Assembly (NCBI GenBank): GCA_965223265.1
Contig: OZ244999.1
Coordinates: 6,528,001-6,592,000, forward strand
Reading direction: 5' to 3'
DNA: 64,000 nt
DNA from: Planctomycetota bacterium
GTDB taxonomy: Bacteria > Planctomycetota > UBA8108 > SXIK01
Shown: piece after piece, positions 30,570 through 40,757 of the stretch
Position numbering within the stretch: the stretch's first letter is position 1
How the letters are laid out: each line of letters opens with the position of its first letter
The notes under the pieces: generated by a model
The model's input: only the letters and a program-made list of their open reading frames with translations
Told to the model about the DNA's origin: nothing
The model's database searches: none
Translations under genes and position numbers: made by a program

Positions 30570-32243
30570 TCAGTCGGCGCGGTGGGTGATCCTCAGAACT
30601 TCTTGAAACGTGGTGATTCCCGCCAGCGCTTTGCGCACGGCGTCTTCCTGGAGACTCGTCATTCCCTCCGACCGCGCCTTGGCGCGCAGCTCCTGCGTTG
30701 GCTTCATTTCGAATGCCATTTCGCGCAGATCGCCAGTCATCTCCATGAGCTCGTAGGCCCCGCGCCGTCCACGGTAACCGGCGTTGCCGCACGCCTGACA
30801 TCCGCCAGGCTCGAAAACAGTGGAGCCCTCAAGATCGGCACGCGTGATGCCGACTTGCGTCAACTCCGTATCTGACGGCTCATAAGGTTGCTTACACTCC
30901 GGGCACAAAATGCGGATCAAACGCTGAGCCATGATAGCCATGACCGCGGAGGCGACGAGGAACGGCTTGACGCCCATGTCGATCAGACGTGTCAACGCAG
31001 ACGGTGCGTCATTGGTGTGCAGCGTGCTGAACACAAGGTGTCCGGTGAGTGCCGCCTGGATGGCGATATCGGCAGTCTCTTGGTCGCGAATCTCTCCGAC
31101 GAGAATAATGTTTGGCGCCTGCCGCATCATGGCGCGCAGGATGCGCTGGAACGTTAGCCCGATTTCGTGGCGCACTTCGGCCTGATTGATCCCCGCCAAG
31201 TTGTACTCGATGGGGTTCTCGGCCGTGATGATCTTGACGTCCGGGCGGTTCAGTTTTTTGAGCGCCGCGTAAAGCGTTGTGGTCTTTCCCGATCCGGTCG
31301 GGCCGGTGACCAAAAAGATTCCCGTCGGGCGCTTAATGATCTTCTCAAAACGGTTGTAGTCGGATTCGTGAAACCCGAGCTCTTCGAGATCGACAAGACT
31401 CTTCTCCTTGTCGAGGATACGCATGACGACACTTTCGCCGTGGCGCGCAGGGAGAGCCGAGACGCGAAGATCGATCTCACGTCCGTGCAAATGGATCTTG
31501 ATACGACCGTCCTGTGGACGCCGCTTCTCGGCCATGTCCATGTCGGACATGATCTTGATGCGCGAAAGGATCGGGCCCTGAAGCTTCTTCGGCGGATTCT
31601 CCTTCTCTATGCAGACGCCGTCGACGCGGTATCGAATGCGGACGCGCTTCTCGAACGGCTCGACGTGAATATCGCTGGCGCGCTCCTTGAGCGCATTCGA
31701 AATGAGCTGCGTGACATACTTGATGACCGGAGCGTCGTCTTCAGCTGAGCCTTCCCCGGCGTACTCGTGTCTCCCCACCTGGACTTCGTCGTCGCCTAAG
31801 ACTTCGCCGAGATTGCCGGAAAGGCGGTAGTACTGATCGAGCGACTCTTCAATCTCCTCAGGCGTCGAAATCGCCGCTTCGACCTCGGTGTTGAGCAGAA
31901 AGCGAAGATTGTCGAGCACCATGTAGTCGAGACCCGACATGGCGACGTAGAGACTGCCGTTTTTCCGGGCAACGGGGACGATGCTGTTCTCAAGCGCGAC
32001 CTCCTTGGGTACGAGCGCGATGACATCGCGAGCCACCTCCCCTTTCGACAGGTTCGCGAACGGCAAGTCCCAATGTTTCGCGAGGGCACGACTGACCTGC
32101 TCCTGGGAGCAGACCTCCTGCTTGACGAGCGCTTCGCCGATGCGGCAGTCGTTCGTCTCCGCGTATTGCGCCGCCTTTTCGAGCTGTTGGTCCGACGCGG
32201 CACCCATCGCCTTGAGAATCTGACCAACCGATTTCTTATTCAA
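30570..32243 (-). CDS. pilB: Second PilB/GspE ATPase
   Basis: GPTGSGKTTT, ENPIEY, MRQAPN, STLHTND, CPEC...CQAC. Confidence 0.85.
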   Translation of the reverse strand: MNKKSVGQILKAMGAASDQQLEKAAQYAETNDCRIGEALVKQEVCSQEQVSRALAKHWDLPFANLSKGEVARDVIALVPKEVALENSIVPVARKNGSLYVAMSGLDYMVLDNLRFLLNTEVEAAISTPEEIEESLDQYYRLSGNLGEVLGDDEVQVGRHEYAGEGSAEDDAPVIKYVTQLISNALKERASDIHVEPFEKRVRIRYRVDGVCIEKENPPKKLQGPILSRIKIMSDMDMAEKRRPQDGRIKIHLHGREIDLRVSALPARHGESVVMRILDKEKSLVDLEELGFHESDYNRFEKIIKRPTGIFLVTGPTGSGKTTTLYAALKKLNRPDVKIITAENPIEYNLAGINQAEVRHEIGLTFQRILRAMMRQAPNIILVGEIRDQETADIAIQAALTGHLVFSTLHTNDAPSALTRLIDMGVKPFLVASAVMAIMAQRLIRILCPECKQPYEPSDTELTQVGITRADLEGSTVFEPGGCQACGNAGYRGRRGAYELMEMTGDLREMAFEMKPTQELRAKARSEGMTSLQEDAVRKALAGITTFQEVLRITHRAD

Positions 32244-32453
32244 CGTAACCTCCTACGGGAAAAACCTTCGACGCGCCGCGCGACCGCTACGACGGTCATC
32301 GCAACAGAATCTCGAAGGTTGTCGCTCGTCCGAATCCTCCAGATGATTGGAGGATTGATGATGAGGTGAGACGGGGACGGTTCGCGACGGAAAATGCGGA
32401 TCGATCTTGGGGATAAGAGCGTCCAAGCGAGACTGGACGCGGAGTAAGAAATT

Positions 32454-32481
32454 AGTATATGCTCGACACTTAACGAGTCAA
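32454..32481 (-). promoter_or_regulatory. Sigma70-type promoter of the pilB-pilB-pilC operon
   Basis: TTGACT-N16-TATACT on the minus strand. Confidence 0.6.
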
Positions 32482-32569
32482 GGGTGCCCACGTGGGTGCC
32501 GGGCGGCAACGAGACCGGCCGGCAGTCAACACGCCCCTAAGACCGCAAAGCGTGCACGCCAACCCCGCC

Positions 32570-32620
32570 CCCCTTGCCGGTCGAAACCCCTTCCGGACGG
32601 GCCCTTTCCGGACGGGCCCC
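32570..32620. repeat. 15-bp tandem duplication
   Basis: CCCTTCCGGACGGGC CCTTTCCGGACGGGC, plus a degenerate upstream copy. Confidence 0.55.
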
Positions 32621-32653
32621 GCCTCGTGGCCGAGCTGGACATTCAGCGGACTG

Positions 32654-33574
32654 TTAGTCGCCAAACGTGGAAAAGTCCTTCAATGGCCACCATCGGACCA
32701 CGACCTTTCCTTTAACGTTTTGGACCGAGACGGCATCGAACGAACGGCTGTCGTGGCTGTCAGGCCGATTATCTCCGAGCACGTAAAAAGAGTCGGTGGG
32801 CACCGTCTCGTCGATGGCTCGCTCGTGGTAGTACGTAGGTGGGGTGATGTAATCTTCGTGGAAAAGTTCGCCGTTGAGGTAAACCTGGCCGTTACGGATC
32901 TCAACAGCGTCTCCGGGAAGCCCAACCACACGCTTGATCAGATCCTTCCCCGGATCCTCCGGCGAAGCGAAGACGATCACGTCTCCCCTACCGACGCTAA
33001 AGAGTGTCTTGAGGACGACCACGCGTTCGCCGTTGTGAAACGAAGGCTCCATGCTGCGGCCCTTGATCTCGTAGGCCTCGGCGACGTAGGTCTTCAGCGT
33101 CAGCGCCAACGCGAACGCAACGCAAACCAACGCGAGAGCCTCAAGGAGACCACTTCGCTGTCGCGGCGGCGACGGCTTCGACTCGACCTCTTTGGCGGGC
33201 GGCGCGGTTGACGGCAGTGCCGGCTCCGGTTCTGCAAGGCCGAGCGCGAGATCGTCGAGCAGGCGTAATTCGTCGTCGTCGGATGCGAGGGCACTGCGGC
33301 GGCGGCGTAGCGGATGGGAAGGTTCGAATTCGTCGTCGGCGTCTTGAAGATCTTCCTCCCTGGGAAAAGCCTCGCTTGGGAAGGGAACGTCGTCGGCGAG
33401 AGGCGGCGCATCGCGCGAACCGAGTCGCAGATCGTCTCCTGAACCACCTCGGAGCCCGCCCCCATCGCCGTCCTCACCATCGCCCGCACCGTATCGACGA
33501 GACGGCCATGGTTCCTTCGAGAAGTCAGAAGCGCTTGACTTCGAGGCGTTAGGAAAATCGTCGATCGGTTTCAC
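32654..33574 (-). CDS. lepB: Signal peptidase I with long acidic N-terminal extension
   Basis: GRSMEP (Ser), LIKRVVGLPGD (Lys), GDNRPDSHDSR. Confidence 0.92.
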   Translation of the reverse strand: MKPIDDFPNASKSSASDFSKEPWPSRRYGAGDGEDGDGGGLRGGSGDDLRLGSRDAPPLADDVPFPSEAFPREEDLQDADDEFEPSHPLRRRRSALASDDDELRLLDDLALGLAEPEPALPSTAPPAKEVESKPSPPRQRSGLLEALALVCVAFALALTLKTYVAEAYEIKGRSMEPSFHNGERVVVLKTLFSVGRGDVIVFASPEDPGKDLIKRVVGLPGDAVEIRNGQVYLNGELFHEDYITPPTYYHERAIDETVPTDSFYVLGDNRPDSHDSRSFDAVSVQNVKGKVVVRWWPLKDFSTFGD

Positions 33575-33592
33575 AAATCCCTCTGCTGAGCT

Positions 33593-33854
33593 CTAGCCTC
33601 GAGTCTGGCCATTTCGCGTCGAGCCTGGGAGCGCCAGGAGCGTCGAGGCCAAGGAGCGACTCGGGCGCGATCCCGCCCGGGTCGTGGCGGAGGACGGGCG
33701 CAGGCATCGGCGCTCCTGGCGCTCCCCGAAGGGCCGGACAGGAGTTTTTGAACATGCACAAGCGTTCTCAGGGTAGAAAAAAGTCGAAACGGCCTCGGAA
33801 TCCTCGCGAAACTCGTCCGGCCAGGCCGGCGCGAAATGGCCAGACTCGAGCTAG
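33593..33854. mobile_element. MITE-like element, family B
   Basis: 21-bp perfect terminal inverted repeat CTCGAGTCTGGCCATTTCGCG (33598-33618 / 33830-33850); CTAG on both flanks; no transposase. Confidence 0.7.
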
Positions 33855-33934
33855 CAGCCCGCCTGAAAAAGTCATTCGGCTGAGAAACCGGCCTCTTCAC
33901 GCCCAGTTTTCAGCTCGTAGCACTCAACAGGCTG
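33855..33934. mobile_element. MITE family A, internally deleted copy
   Basis: CAGCCCGCCTGAAAAAGTCATTCGGCTGAGAAAC...TCAACAGGCTG matches both ends of 45906-46064. Confidence 0.7.
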
Positions 33935-34421
33935 CTGGCGACGGGCGTGACGACGATGGTAGCAGGAAGGCCGACAGTCCACAACCCGCCCCCCAGCCGC
34001 TTTCCCAAGCATCGTGCTGTAGAAGGATTACGTCGTTTCGGCTTGGACTCGATGCGCCATCGCTGGGCGCGGCTCCCCCGACAAGGTGCGCTGGTCGTCG
34101 CGGGGAGTGCCAATAAGGGGCGCGTCGGCCGCGACTGACGGCCGACGCTCGGGCTCGATTTGCCGCCGCGCGAGTACCCGAATATACTTCGAACGTGAGG
34201 CCGCAGGCCGCGCGCTGTGCCGAAAAGCGATGGTGGCAAAGAATCCGCCCGGCGCTGGGTTGTGCGCCGCCGTCAAAGAGCTCGCGGCTCTTTCGCCGAG
34301 TGCCTACCGCACGGAGCGGGCCAGCTAGCCATCGCGTGGTTTTTGCCTGGGAGCACTGCGCAACTCCTAAACAGACAGCACGACCTGCCCGCGGGTCCGC
34401 AGCAGTTGAGGGAACAACACG

Positions 34422-35744
34422 GTGGAAAAGTCCGAAACTGGCTCGGCCGAACTCCTGGCTGACGACCTCGAGGTCACTACCACCGTCTACGAGTTCGCGG
34501 ATGGAAGAATCAGTCGCTCGATTCATGGCCCGCTCTGCCTCCTTGAAATCGTTGGGACCTATACGGCGCCCCTCGGCAAAGAGCTCGAGCGCCTGGCGGT
34601 GTGGCAAGGCGATCTCGGAATCGTCTTCGGCGAGATCAAGGTCAACCCCCGAACCAAACGCCGGTTTGACGGCACCATGGTCGCCCTCCTGAGCAACATT
34701 TCAACTCGCCGCAACGCGAGTGGTCGCAGCCTCTCGCTTTGCCAACCACCGAGCGAGTTGGTCGACGCTCTGAAACTCGCTGGCACGGAGATGCGGTTCG
34801 ACATCATCAGCGCCGAGGAAGTCGAAGATTGGGCAGAGAGGACACGCGGAAGGAGTCCGAAGACACCGACTGAAACCTCTCCCAACTCAAATCTCACCGA
34901 CGACGCGCAAGCCCCAACGGGCGAGGCGACCACCGCGCGCCGGCGCATCCGACGGTTCAATCAATCACTCAAACGCACCGCAAAACTGGAGCATGGGCTG
35001 GATGTCGCGGCCCGTTACGTCGAGCGATTCCTCCCTCGTCATGCTCCCAAGGTCTCCGGCTATGAGTTCGCCCACGTCTATCGTACGTCGGAGAAGGTCG
35101 GCGGCGATTTCTTCGATTTCATCCCACTTGAAGGAGGACGACTAGGCATCGTGATCGGCGACGTGTCGGGCCACGGAATCGACGCGGCTCTGCTCATGGG
35201 AATCTCAAAGAAGGTCCTGCGCATTCGCGCTACTGACGACGCAAGCCGATCGCCCCACGAGGTCCTTTGCACGGTGAGCCGGGACATCAGCGATGATTTC
35301 GAGCGCTCGAGCTTCGTCACCGCAGTCTACGGCATCCTTGACCCGCCAAGCGGCCGCTTCGTTTACGCGCGGGCCGGACATGAAAACCCGATCGTGGTCT
35401 CGCCCCGCGACGGGCGCGTACAGACCGTCGCCTCCCGCGGCGCCCCGCTAGGGCTTGACCAGGTGTGCGATCTCCCTGGCTTGCTGGAACAGGCCGAGCT
35501 CAACCTAGCGCCTGGGGAACTCCTTGTGCTCTCGACCGACGGACTCCCCGAGACACGCAACGACAGAGGCGCAACCTTCAGCCGTGGTCGCGCCGCCTAT
35601 GCACTCTCTAAGGTGCCGGAAAACGCCAACTGCCAAGAAGCACTCGATGTTCTCGCCGATTCCCTCGACGAGTTCTCCGGCGACGCGCCACAAGAAGACG
35701 ATCTGACCGTGCTGGTGGTCAAGCGGTCGGTTATCGGCTCATAG
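34422..35744 (+). CDS. PP2C/SpoIIE-family Ser/Thr phosphatase with STAS-like N-terminus
   Basis: VGGDFFD, IGDVSGHG, RAGHE, STDGLPE, QEDDLT. Confidence 0.88.
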   Translation: MEKSETGSAELLADDLEVTTTVYEFADGRISRSIHGPLCLLEIVGTYTAPLGKELERLAVWQGDLGIVFGEIKVNPRTKRRFDGTMVALLSNISTRRNASGRSLSLCQPPSELVDALKLAGTEMRFDIISAEEVEDWAERTRGRSPKTPTETSPNSNLTDDAQAPTGEATTARRRIRRFNQSLKRTAKLEHGLDVAARYVERFLPRHAPKVSGYEFAHVYRTSEKVGGDFFDFIPLEGGRLGIVIGDVSGHGIDAALLMGISKKVLRIRATDDASRSPHEVLCTVSRDISDDFERSSFVTAVYGILDPPSGRFVYARAGHENPIVVSPRDGRVQTVASRGAPLGLDQVCDLPGLLEQAELNLAPGELLVLSTDGLPETRNDRGATFSRGRAAYALSKVPENANCQEALDVLADSLDEFSGDAPQEDDLTVLVVKRSVIGS

Positions 35745-35846
35745 AATTGCTCGATGCCCGAAATCAGGTCACTCTGAGATGAGCCCATAGCTATCCAGCG
35801 GCAAGTGTAACTAGACTAAGAACGACGACATCATCGAGATCACGTA

Positions 35847-38800
35847 GTGGCTTTCAGAGGCGACGTTTCCCAGATCCCCCTGTCCAACATCGTTCAAGCT
35901 CTGATGATGAACGGGCAGGAAGGCGTGCTAACTCTTGAAGGCGACCGCTTCGGCGCCCGCCTCTGCATGCTCAAGATCGGAATCCGACCTCTGAACCATC
36001 AGCAACAGCCGCCCGATCTTCTGCGGCACATTTTGCTGAAACAAAAGCTACTGACGGAGTCGCAGTTCCAGAACATATTCTCGACATGGGTGCCGGGAAC
36101 CTCCTATCCCGGCGACTACCTGATCAATCGACGGATTCTCAAGCCCGAAACGGTTCACACCGAGCTTCGCAAGCAGCTCGAGGATTTCATCTTTCAGATC
36201 TTCTTGGAGCCGCGACTCAAGTACGAGTTCATAGCGGGAGAAGATAGCACCAGTTTTGAGCTCTTCTCACCGGACGGTCTTGGAGAGTCGCTCATCTACA
36301 ACACGAACGGCGTCCTCATGGAGACCGTTCGGCGACAGGATGAATGGAACCGCTTCCGCGAAGTGATCGCAGCTCCGCAGGAGATCTACAATCTCGATAA
36401 GGGGGCTAAGATCAATGCGGAGGAATTTGGAGTTCCTTCTCAGCGTGTGGAAGAAGTCCAACGATTGATCGATGGTTCTAGTAGCGTCGAGCAGGTGATC
36501 GCCCGATCAATCTACAGCCCGTTCGACGTCTACGAAGTACTATTCCACTTCCACAATCGGGGCTTGATCAGGCAACTCGACTTAGGCGAAAAGAAGAGAC
36601 TCGCTCAGCGTCTGAGCAAATCTCTCCGTCCACACGACTCGATCTCGATCTACCAGAGCCTGCTGCTGGACGACCCCGGCAACGTCGGAATCCGCAAGAA
36701 GCTGATCGGGTTGCTGCACAAAAACGGCGCCTCGCAAGCCGAGTTGGTCGAGCAATACTCAAAGCTGGCAGCCGTTTTGGAGGAAGAGGACCCCGAGCAA
36801 GCCGGCGAATGCCTCCGCAAAGTTCTTGCGATCGAACCTCGCAATCTCGCCGCCCTTGACCAGTTGTTCGACCTCCACATCGCAGCCGGCCACCAACGCG
36901 AAGCCGCACAGGTCATGCGCACGCTCGTGAGCGTAGCGCAGGAAGACCTCGACTCGCAAGCCGCCATCGAGCTGCTCTACAAGTTGGTGAACTATTTCCC
37001 CGAAGACGTGACCCTCTTCCATCAACTGGCAGAGATCCTCGCGGACACCAACAACATCGACGAAGCGGTGTCTTGCTTGAAGTCCGTTGCGGAGGTGTAT
37101 CACCGCCGCAAGGACTACCAGAAGCTGCGCAAGACGTACGAAAAGATCAGCCGCCTACGTCCTGAAGAAGGCGCGAAGCTTAGGAAGCTGAAAGACATTG
37201 AGAAGCGCACGGAGCGCTCCAAGGGACAACTCGTCAAGTTCGCATCAATCACCCTGGTCGTTGGCTTGCTGGCAGGGTTCGCGAGCGTCGCTGCCATGCA
37301 TGAGCTGCGTGCACGACAGCTGTATCGAGAGGTCGTTCAATCTGTCTCAACCATGACGGAACTTGAGGAATACCAGCAGGCCGAGCGACTATTGGCCGAT
37401 TTTCGCTCGACGTTTCCATTCTCAAGCGTTCGCAGTGAGGCCTACGCCCTTGAACTCGAATTGGGCACGCTTCGAGAACAACAGACGGTGGCTGACCGGG
37501 AAAAAGAGAAGAGTCGGACGTTCGAGGAGCGCTCCAAGTTCACGAAGGTCAAAATCAAATATAAAGAACGAGAGTATCTCGAGGCTCACGAGATTCTTGA
37601 AACTCTCGACCCCAAGCTTCTCTCGGTCAAGGCGCAGAGAGAGGTCGAAAGCATTGCCGCGTTGATCGAGGAGCACTTCGCAGTTGCGGAGGAGACGTGG
37701 AAGCGCGCCGAACTGGCGTTCGAGAACGGAGACTACGCGACCGCACACAAGTTTTCGAGATCCATCGTCCTCGATGGAACAAGCTCCCCGACCGCCGAGC
37801 ACGTTCGGATACCCGTCTACGTGGAGACCATTCCGCCTGGCGCGGAGGTACTCGTCGCCGGCGAAATCGTTGGTAATACTCCGTTGGCGCTCCGCTTCAT
37901 GCCGAAAAGCAAGATTCCGTCTGTCGAGATTCGGAAACTCGGATACGAAAGCAGAAACCTCGACGAACTGGAGATCGACGAACAACCGTTCAATCCACTG
38001 ACGACAGCGAGTTTGCGGATCGAGCTGCCCAAATCAATCGAATGGAGCTTCGACTCCCACGGCCCGATCGAAGGATTCCCTGTGGCGGCGGACGGCCGCG
38101 TGTTCTTCGGAAACCGATCGGGGAGTGTCTACGCACTGAAGCTCGATTCGCGTCAAGAGGTTTGGAGGTTCGAGGTCGACTTCCGCATGGACGTGACAGG
38201 TGGCATCAACACATGGAATCAACTCATCTACTTTGGTTCGGCGAACGGATACTTGTACGTCCTCAACGCAACCAACGGCCAACTGCTCCAAAAGGTTGGA
38301 GCTTCTCGGAACATGCTTCCGGTGAAAGAAGCGCCCTCGAGAGTGAACGCCGAAGGCGTGACGTTCGTCAATTGCGGTGGCAAGACCCTCTCCGCGATTA
38401 AGCTGACAACTGGCAAATTCGCGTGGCCGAGCGTTTCGACTCAACGCCGCCAATTCGTCGGCACACCGATGCTCCGAGAATCCTCTTGCATCGTCATCAC
38501 GTCGAGTGGTGAGGCTGTTGAGTTTTCTCAACAGACGGGCAAACGACTGGTGACGCATTCAGTGACGTCGGCCCCAGTTTCGCTGTCGGGAGCCATGGTC
38601 GGTCAACGTTTGATCGTATGTGACGGTGCGCACAAGGTCGTCGTCTACGACGTCGAGAAGAGATCCACGAAGTGGACGTTCGACTGCGGTGCCAAGATCA
38701 CGGCGCCACCGACCGTCGACGCCGACTACGTGGTTGTCGCGACGGCGGCTCGGCAGCTGATATGCCTCGGGGAGGATGGCCAAAAGCTGTGGACCATCAC

Positions 38801-39029
38801 GACCGAACACCCGATCACGACCGCCGGAACGATTTTCAAGAGTCTGCTGATTGTCGGGTCGTCGAGCGGAGAGCTCCTCTGCGCCGATCTCCTAACAGGT
38901 CGGAAGATGTGGACCTATAAGACGAGCGGCTTTCCGACGCACGGCATCACAGCGCGTGGCGCTGTGGACGATGGACGAATCTATATCGGAGCACAGGACG
39001 GTGCGTTCTACTGCGTCACTGCGGAGTAA
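35847..39029 (+). CDS. DUF4388 (PATAN-like)-TPR-TM-PEGA-PQQ-like beta-propeller protein
   Basis: FRGDVSQIPLSNIVQALMMNGQEGVLTL and LMETVRRQDEW (DUF4388); TPR repeats; TM segment near aa 466-485; ETIPPGAEVLVAGEIVGNTP (PEGA); repeated W-x-F/Y propeller blades. Confidence 0.8.
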   Translation: MAFRGDVSQIPLSNIVQALMMNGQEGVLTLEGDRFGARLCMLKIGIRPLNHQQQPPDLLRHILLKQKLLTESQFQNIFSTWVPGTSYPGDYLINRRILKPETVHTELRKQLEDFIFQIFLEPRLKYEFIAGEDSTSFELFSPDGLGESLIYNTNGVLMETVRRQDEWNRFREVIAAPQEIYNLDKGAKINAEEFGVPSQRVEEVQRLIDGSSSVEQVIARSIYSPFDVYEVLFHFHNRGLIRQLDLGEKKRLAQRLSKSLRPHDSISIYQSLLLDDPGNVGIRKKLIGLLHKNGASQAELVEQYSKLAAVLEEEDPEQAGECLRKVLAIEPRNLAALDQLFDLHIAAGHQREAAQVMRTLVSVAQEDLDSQAAIELLYKLVNYFPEDVTLFHQLAEILADTNNIDEAVSCLKSVAEVYHRRKDYQKLRKTYEKISRLRPEEGAKLRKLKDIEKRTERSKGQLVKFASITLVVGLLAGFASVAAMHELRARQLYREVVQSVSTMTELEEYQQAERLLADFRSTFPFSSVRSEAYALELELGTLREQQTVADREKEKSRTFEERSKFTKVKIKYKEREYLEAHEILETLDPKLLSVKAQREVESIAALIEEHFAVAEETWKRAELAFENGDYATAHKFSRSIVLDGTSSPTAEHVRIPVYVETIPPGAEVLVAGEIVGNTPLALRFMPKSKIPSVEIRKLGYESRNLDELEIDEQPFNPLTTASLRIELPKSIEWSFDSHGPIEGFPVAADGRVFFGNRSGSVYALKLDSRQEVWRFEVDFRMDVTGGINTWNQLIYFGSANGYLYVLNATNGQLLQKVGASRNMLPVKEAPSRVNAEGVTFVNCGGKTLSAIKLTTGKFAWPSVSTQRRQFVGTPMLRESSCIVITSSGEAVEFSQQTGKRLVTHSVTSAPVSLSGAMVGQRLIVCDGAHKVVVYDVEKRSTKWTFDCGAKITAPPTVDADYVVVATAARQLICLGEDGQKLWTITTEHPITTAGTIFKSLLIVGSSSGELLCADLLTGRKMWTYKTSGFPTHGITARGAVDDGRIYIGAQDGAFYCVTAE

Positions 39030-39233
39030 GCCCCCGTACGTGAGAGCGAATCCGCTCTTGCGTATCGCTCGCCGGTACACGGCTTCACCGTTTTCGGACG
39101 ATGCAGGCCTCTTGTAACGCACCGATTTGCCGGCTCAAACCGTCCATCCTATTCTCACTTGGATACATGAGCTAAAGAACCCCCGACGAACCGATCGAAG
39201 AAACGGTCAGACTCAACTCAGGAAATAAGCCCC

Positions 39234-40292
39234 GTGTTCTCACTCTTCTCTGCACTCCTAAACACATACCGTCGCAAGCAACTCGAAGCTGCCTACGACA
39301 GATACAAGGCGTCGCCTGGGGCCCAAGAGAGCATCCGTCTGTCACGTTTATTGCTCGCCACGGGTCGAGGGTATCAAGCCGTCAAAGTCATCTCCGAAGC
39401 CAAGCGGCAATACCCCGATCACGCAGGGGTCTTGAAGCAGCACAAACGAACCAAGATCCGCCAGGCGATCGCGTCGCTCAATCGAATCGACCGGCTTCTT
39501 GCACGGGACCGCAGCTTAAGACTCTTGTGCAAAGCGTCGGATTTGGCGTGCGCTCAAGGCGACTACGCGAAAGCAGAACGCTACGCGGAGGAAGCCGTCC
39601 AGGCCTTCCCGGAAGATTGGCAATCGCATTTCGCAATGGGAAAGCTCTTCTTTCACCGTTTCAACGCCACGCGTGACACTGAGGACCAAGAGCGAGCTCT
39701 GTCGTCTCTCGACGAAGCTTATCAGTTGAACTCGGAAGAATACGACGTTCTCCTGCTGCTCGGCTTGACGCTTGCGAGAGCCGGTGAGTACGCCGCCGCC
39801 CGTGACGTCACGAACCTGATCCTCGAGATCGAACCGGACGATATTAAAGCGTCCCAACTTCTTGACTACGTCGAGCAGTCGCTGCGTCGAGCCTCTTCAG
39901 CTCCTGCCGCAATTCAGACCGAAGAGCGCGTCGTTTCGGACGTCGACACGGACGTCCTGTTGGAACGCCTCCAAGACATTGAAGGTGTCGTCGGCCTCTA
40001 TCTCTTCGACTCCGAAGGCAACTTGGCGACTACGTTCGCCAAGGAGAACCAGACGTTTGCCTTCTCCGATTCTCACTCGCCGATGGATGCCATGCTCAAG
40101 ACGTGCCATCTGGACGTCTCCCGCATTGGTCTCGGGAGTTTTCGTTCTTGCCTGATCTGCGGCGAAGGCTGGCAAACGATCGTGCGCTCTTTCGAGAGCG
40201 TTCAAGTGATCGGGTTCTTCGAGCAGTACCCGCACGGAGAGGCACTCGAACAAGAAATCGACGATATCGTGCGAGCCTCAGCCGTTGCGTAG
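39234..40292 (+). CDS. TPR protein with C-terminal roadblock/LC7-like domain
   Basis: TPR helices, then LLERLQDIEGVVGLYLFDSEG, typical of the start of a roadblock fold. Confidence 0.7.
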   Translation: MFSLFSALLNTYRRKQLEAAYDRYKASPGAQESIRLSRLLLATGRGYQAVKVISEAKRQYPDHAGVLKQHKRTKIRQAIASLNRIDRLLARDRSLRLLCKASDLACAQGDYAKAERYAEEAVQAFPEDWQSHFAMGKLFFHRFNATRDTEDQERALSSLDEAYQLNSEEYDVLLLLGLTLARAGEYAAARDVTNLILEIEPDDIKASQLLDYVEQSLRRASSAPAAIQTEERVVSDVDTDVLLERLQDIEGVVGLYLFDSEGNLATTFAKENQTFAFSDSHSPMDAMLKTCHLDVSRIGLGSFRSCLICGEGWQTIVRSFESVQVIGFFEQYPHGEALEQEIDDIVRASAVA

Positions 40293-40376
40293 GGCATTGA
40301 CGATAGTACTGCCGATCCCAGACCTCAGATTCGATAGATAACGTCACAGCGGACAAACGGTAAAGAAAGCCACACC

Positions 40377-40727
40377 ATGCAAGAGATACTCACAAAGCTC
40401 AACGATAGAGCCGACGTCTTAGGCAGCATGGTCATCACACCTGACGGAATCACTGTGGCGACGGCCCTGCACTCCGACCTCGACGAGGAGACGGTCGCAG
40501 CGTTCGCCTCCTCACTTCTTGTTACGCTCAAGAAAAGCCTTTCGGATCTGGAAACTGCCGGAACGCTCTCCTTCTGTACGCTCAATTCGACGGAAGGAAA
40601 ACTCGTCTTCTTTGACATGAAAAACTCTTATCTCGTGGTGGTGACGAAGCCGAATACTCAGATTGCAAGTCGCATCGTCGCAATCGAACAAGCCATCGAC
40701 GAGATTCAGAACCGCCGGGTCGCATAG
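40377..40727 (+). CDS. Roadblock/LC7 domain protein (MglB/MglC-like)
   Basis: MQEILTKLN...VLGSMVITPDGITVA...EETVAAFASSL. Confidence 0.85.
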   Translation: MQEILTKLNDRADVLGSMVITPDGITVATALHSDLDEETVAAFASSLLVTLKKSLSDLETAGTLSFCTLNSTEGKLVFFDMKNSYLVVVTKPNTQIASRIVAIEQAIDEIQNRRVA

Positions 40728-40757
40728 ATCGGGAGTAGCACTGGAGCATAACACGTT

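Noticed and set aside
33935-34421. ORFs or ncRNA in the spacer before the PP2C gene
   Set aside because: Only short GC hairpins and motif-less ORFs; no promoter-terminator pair seen.
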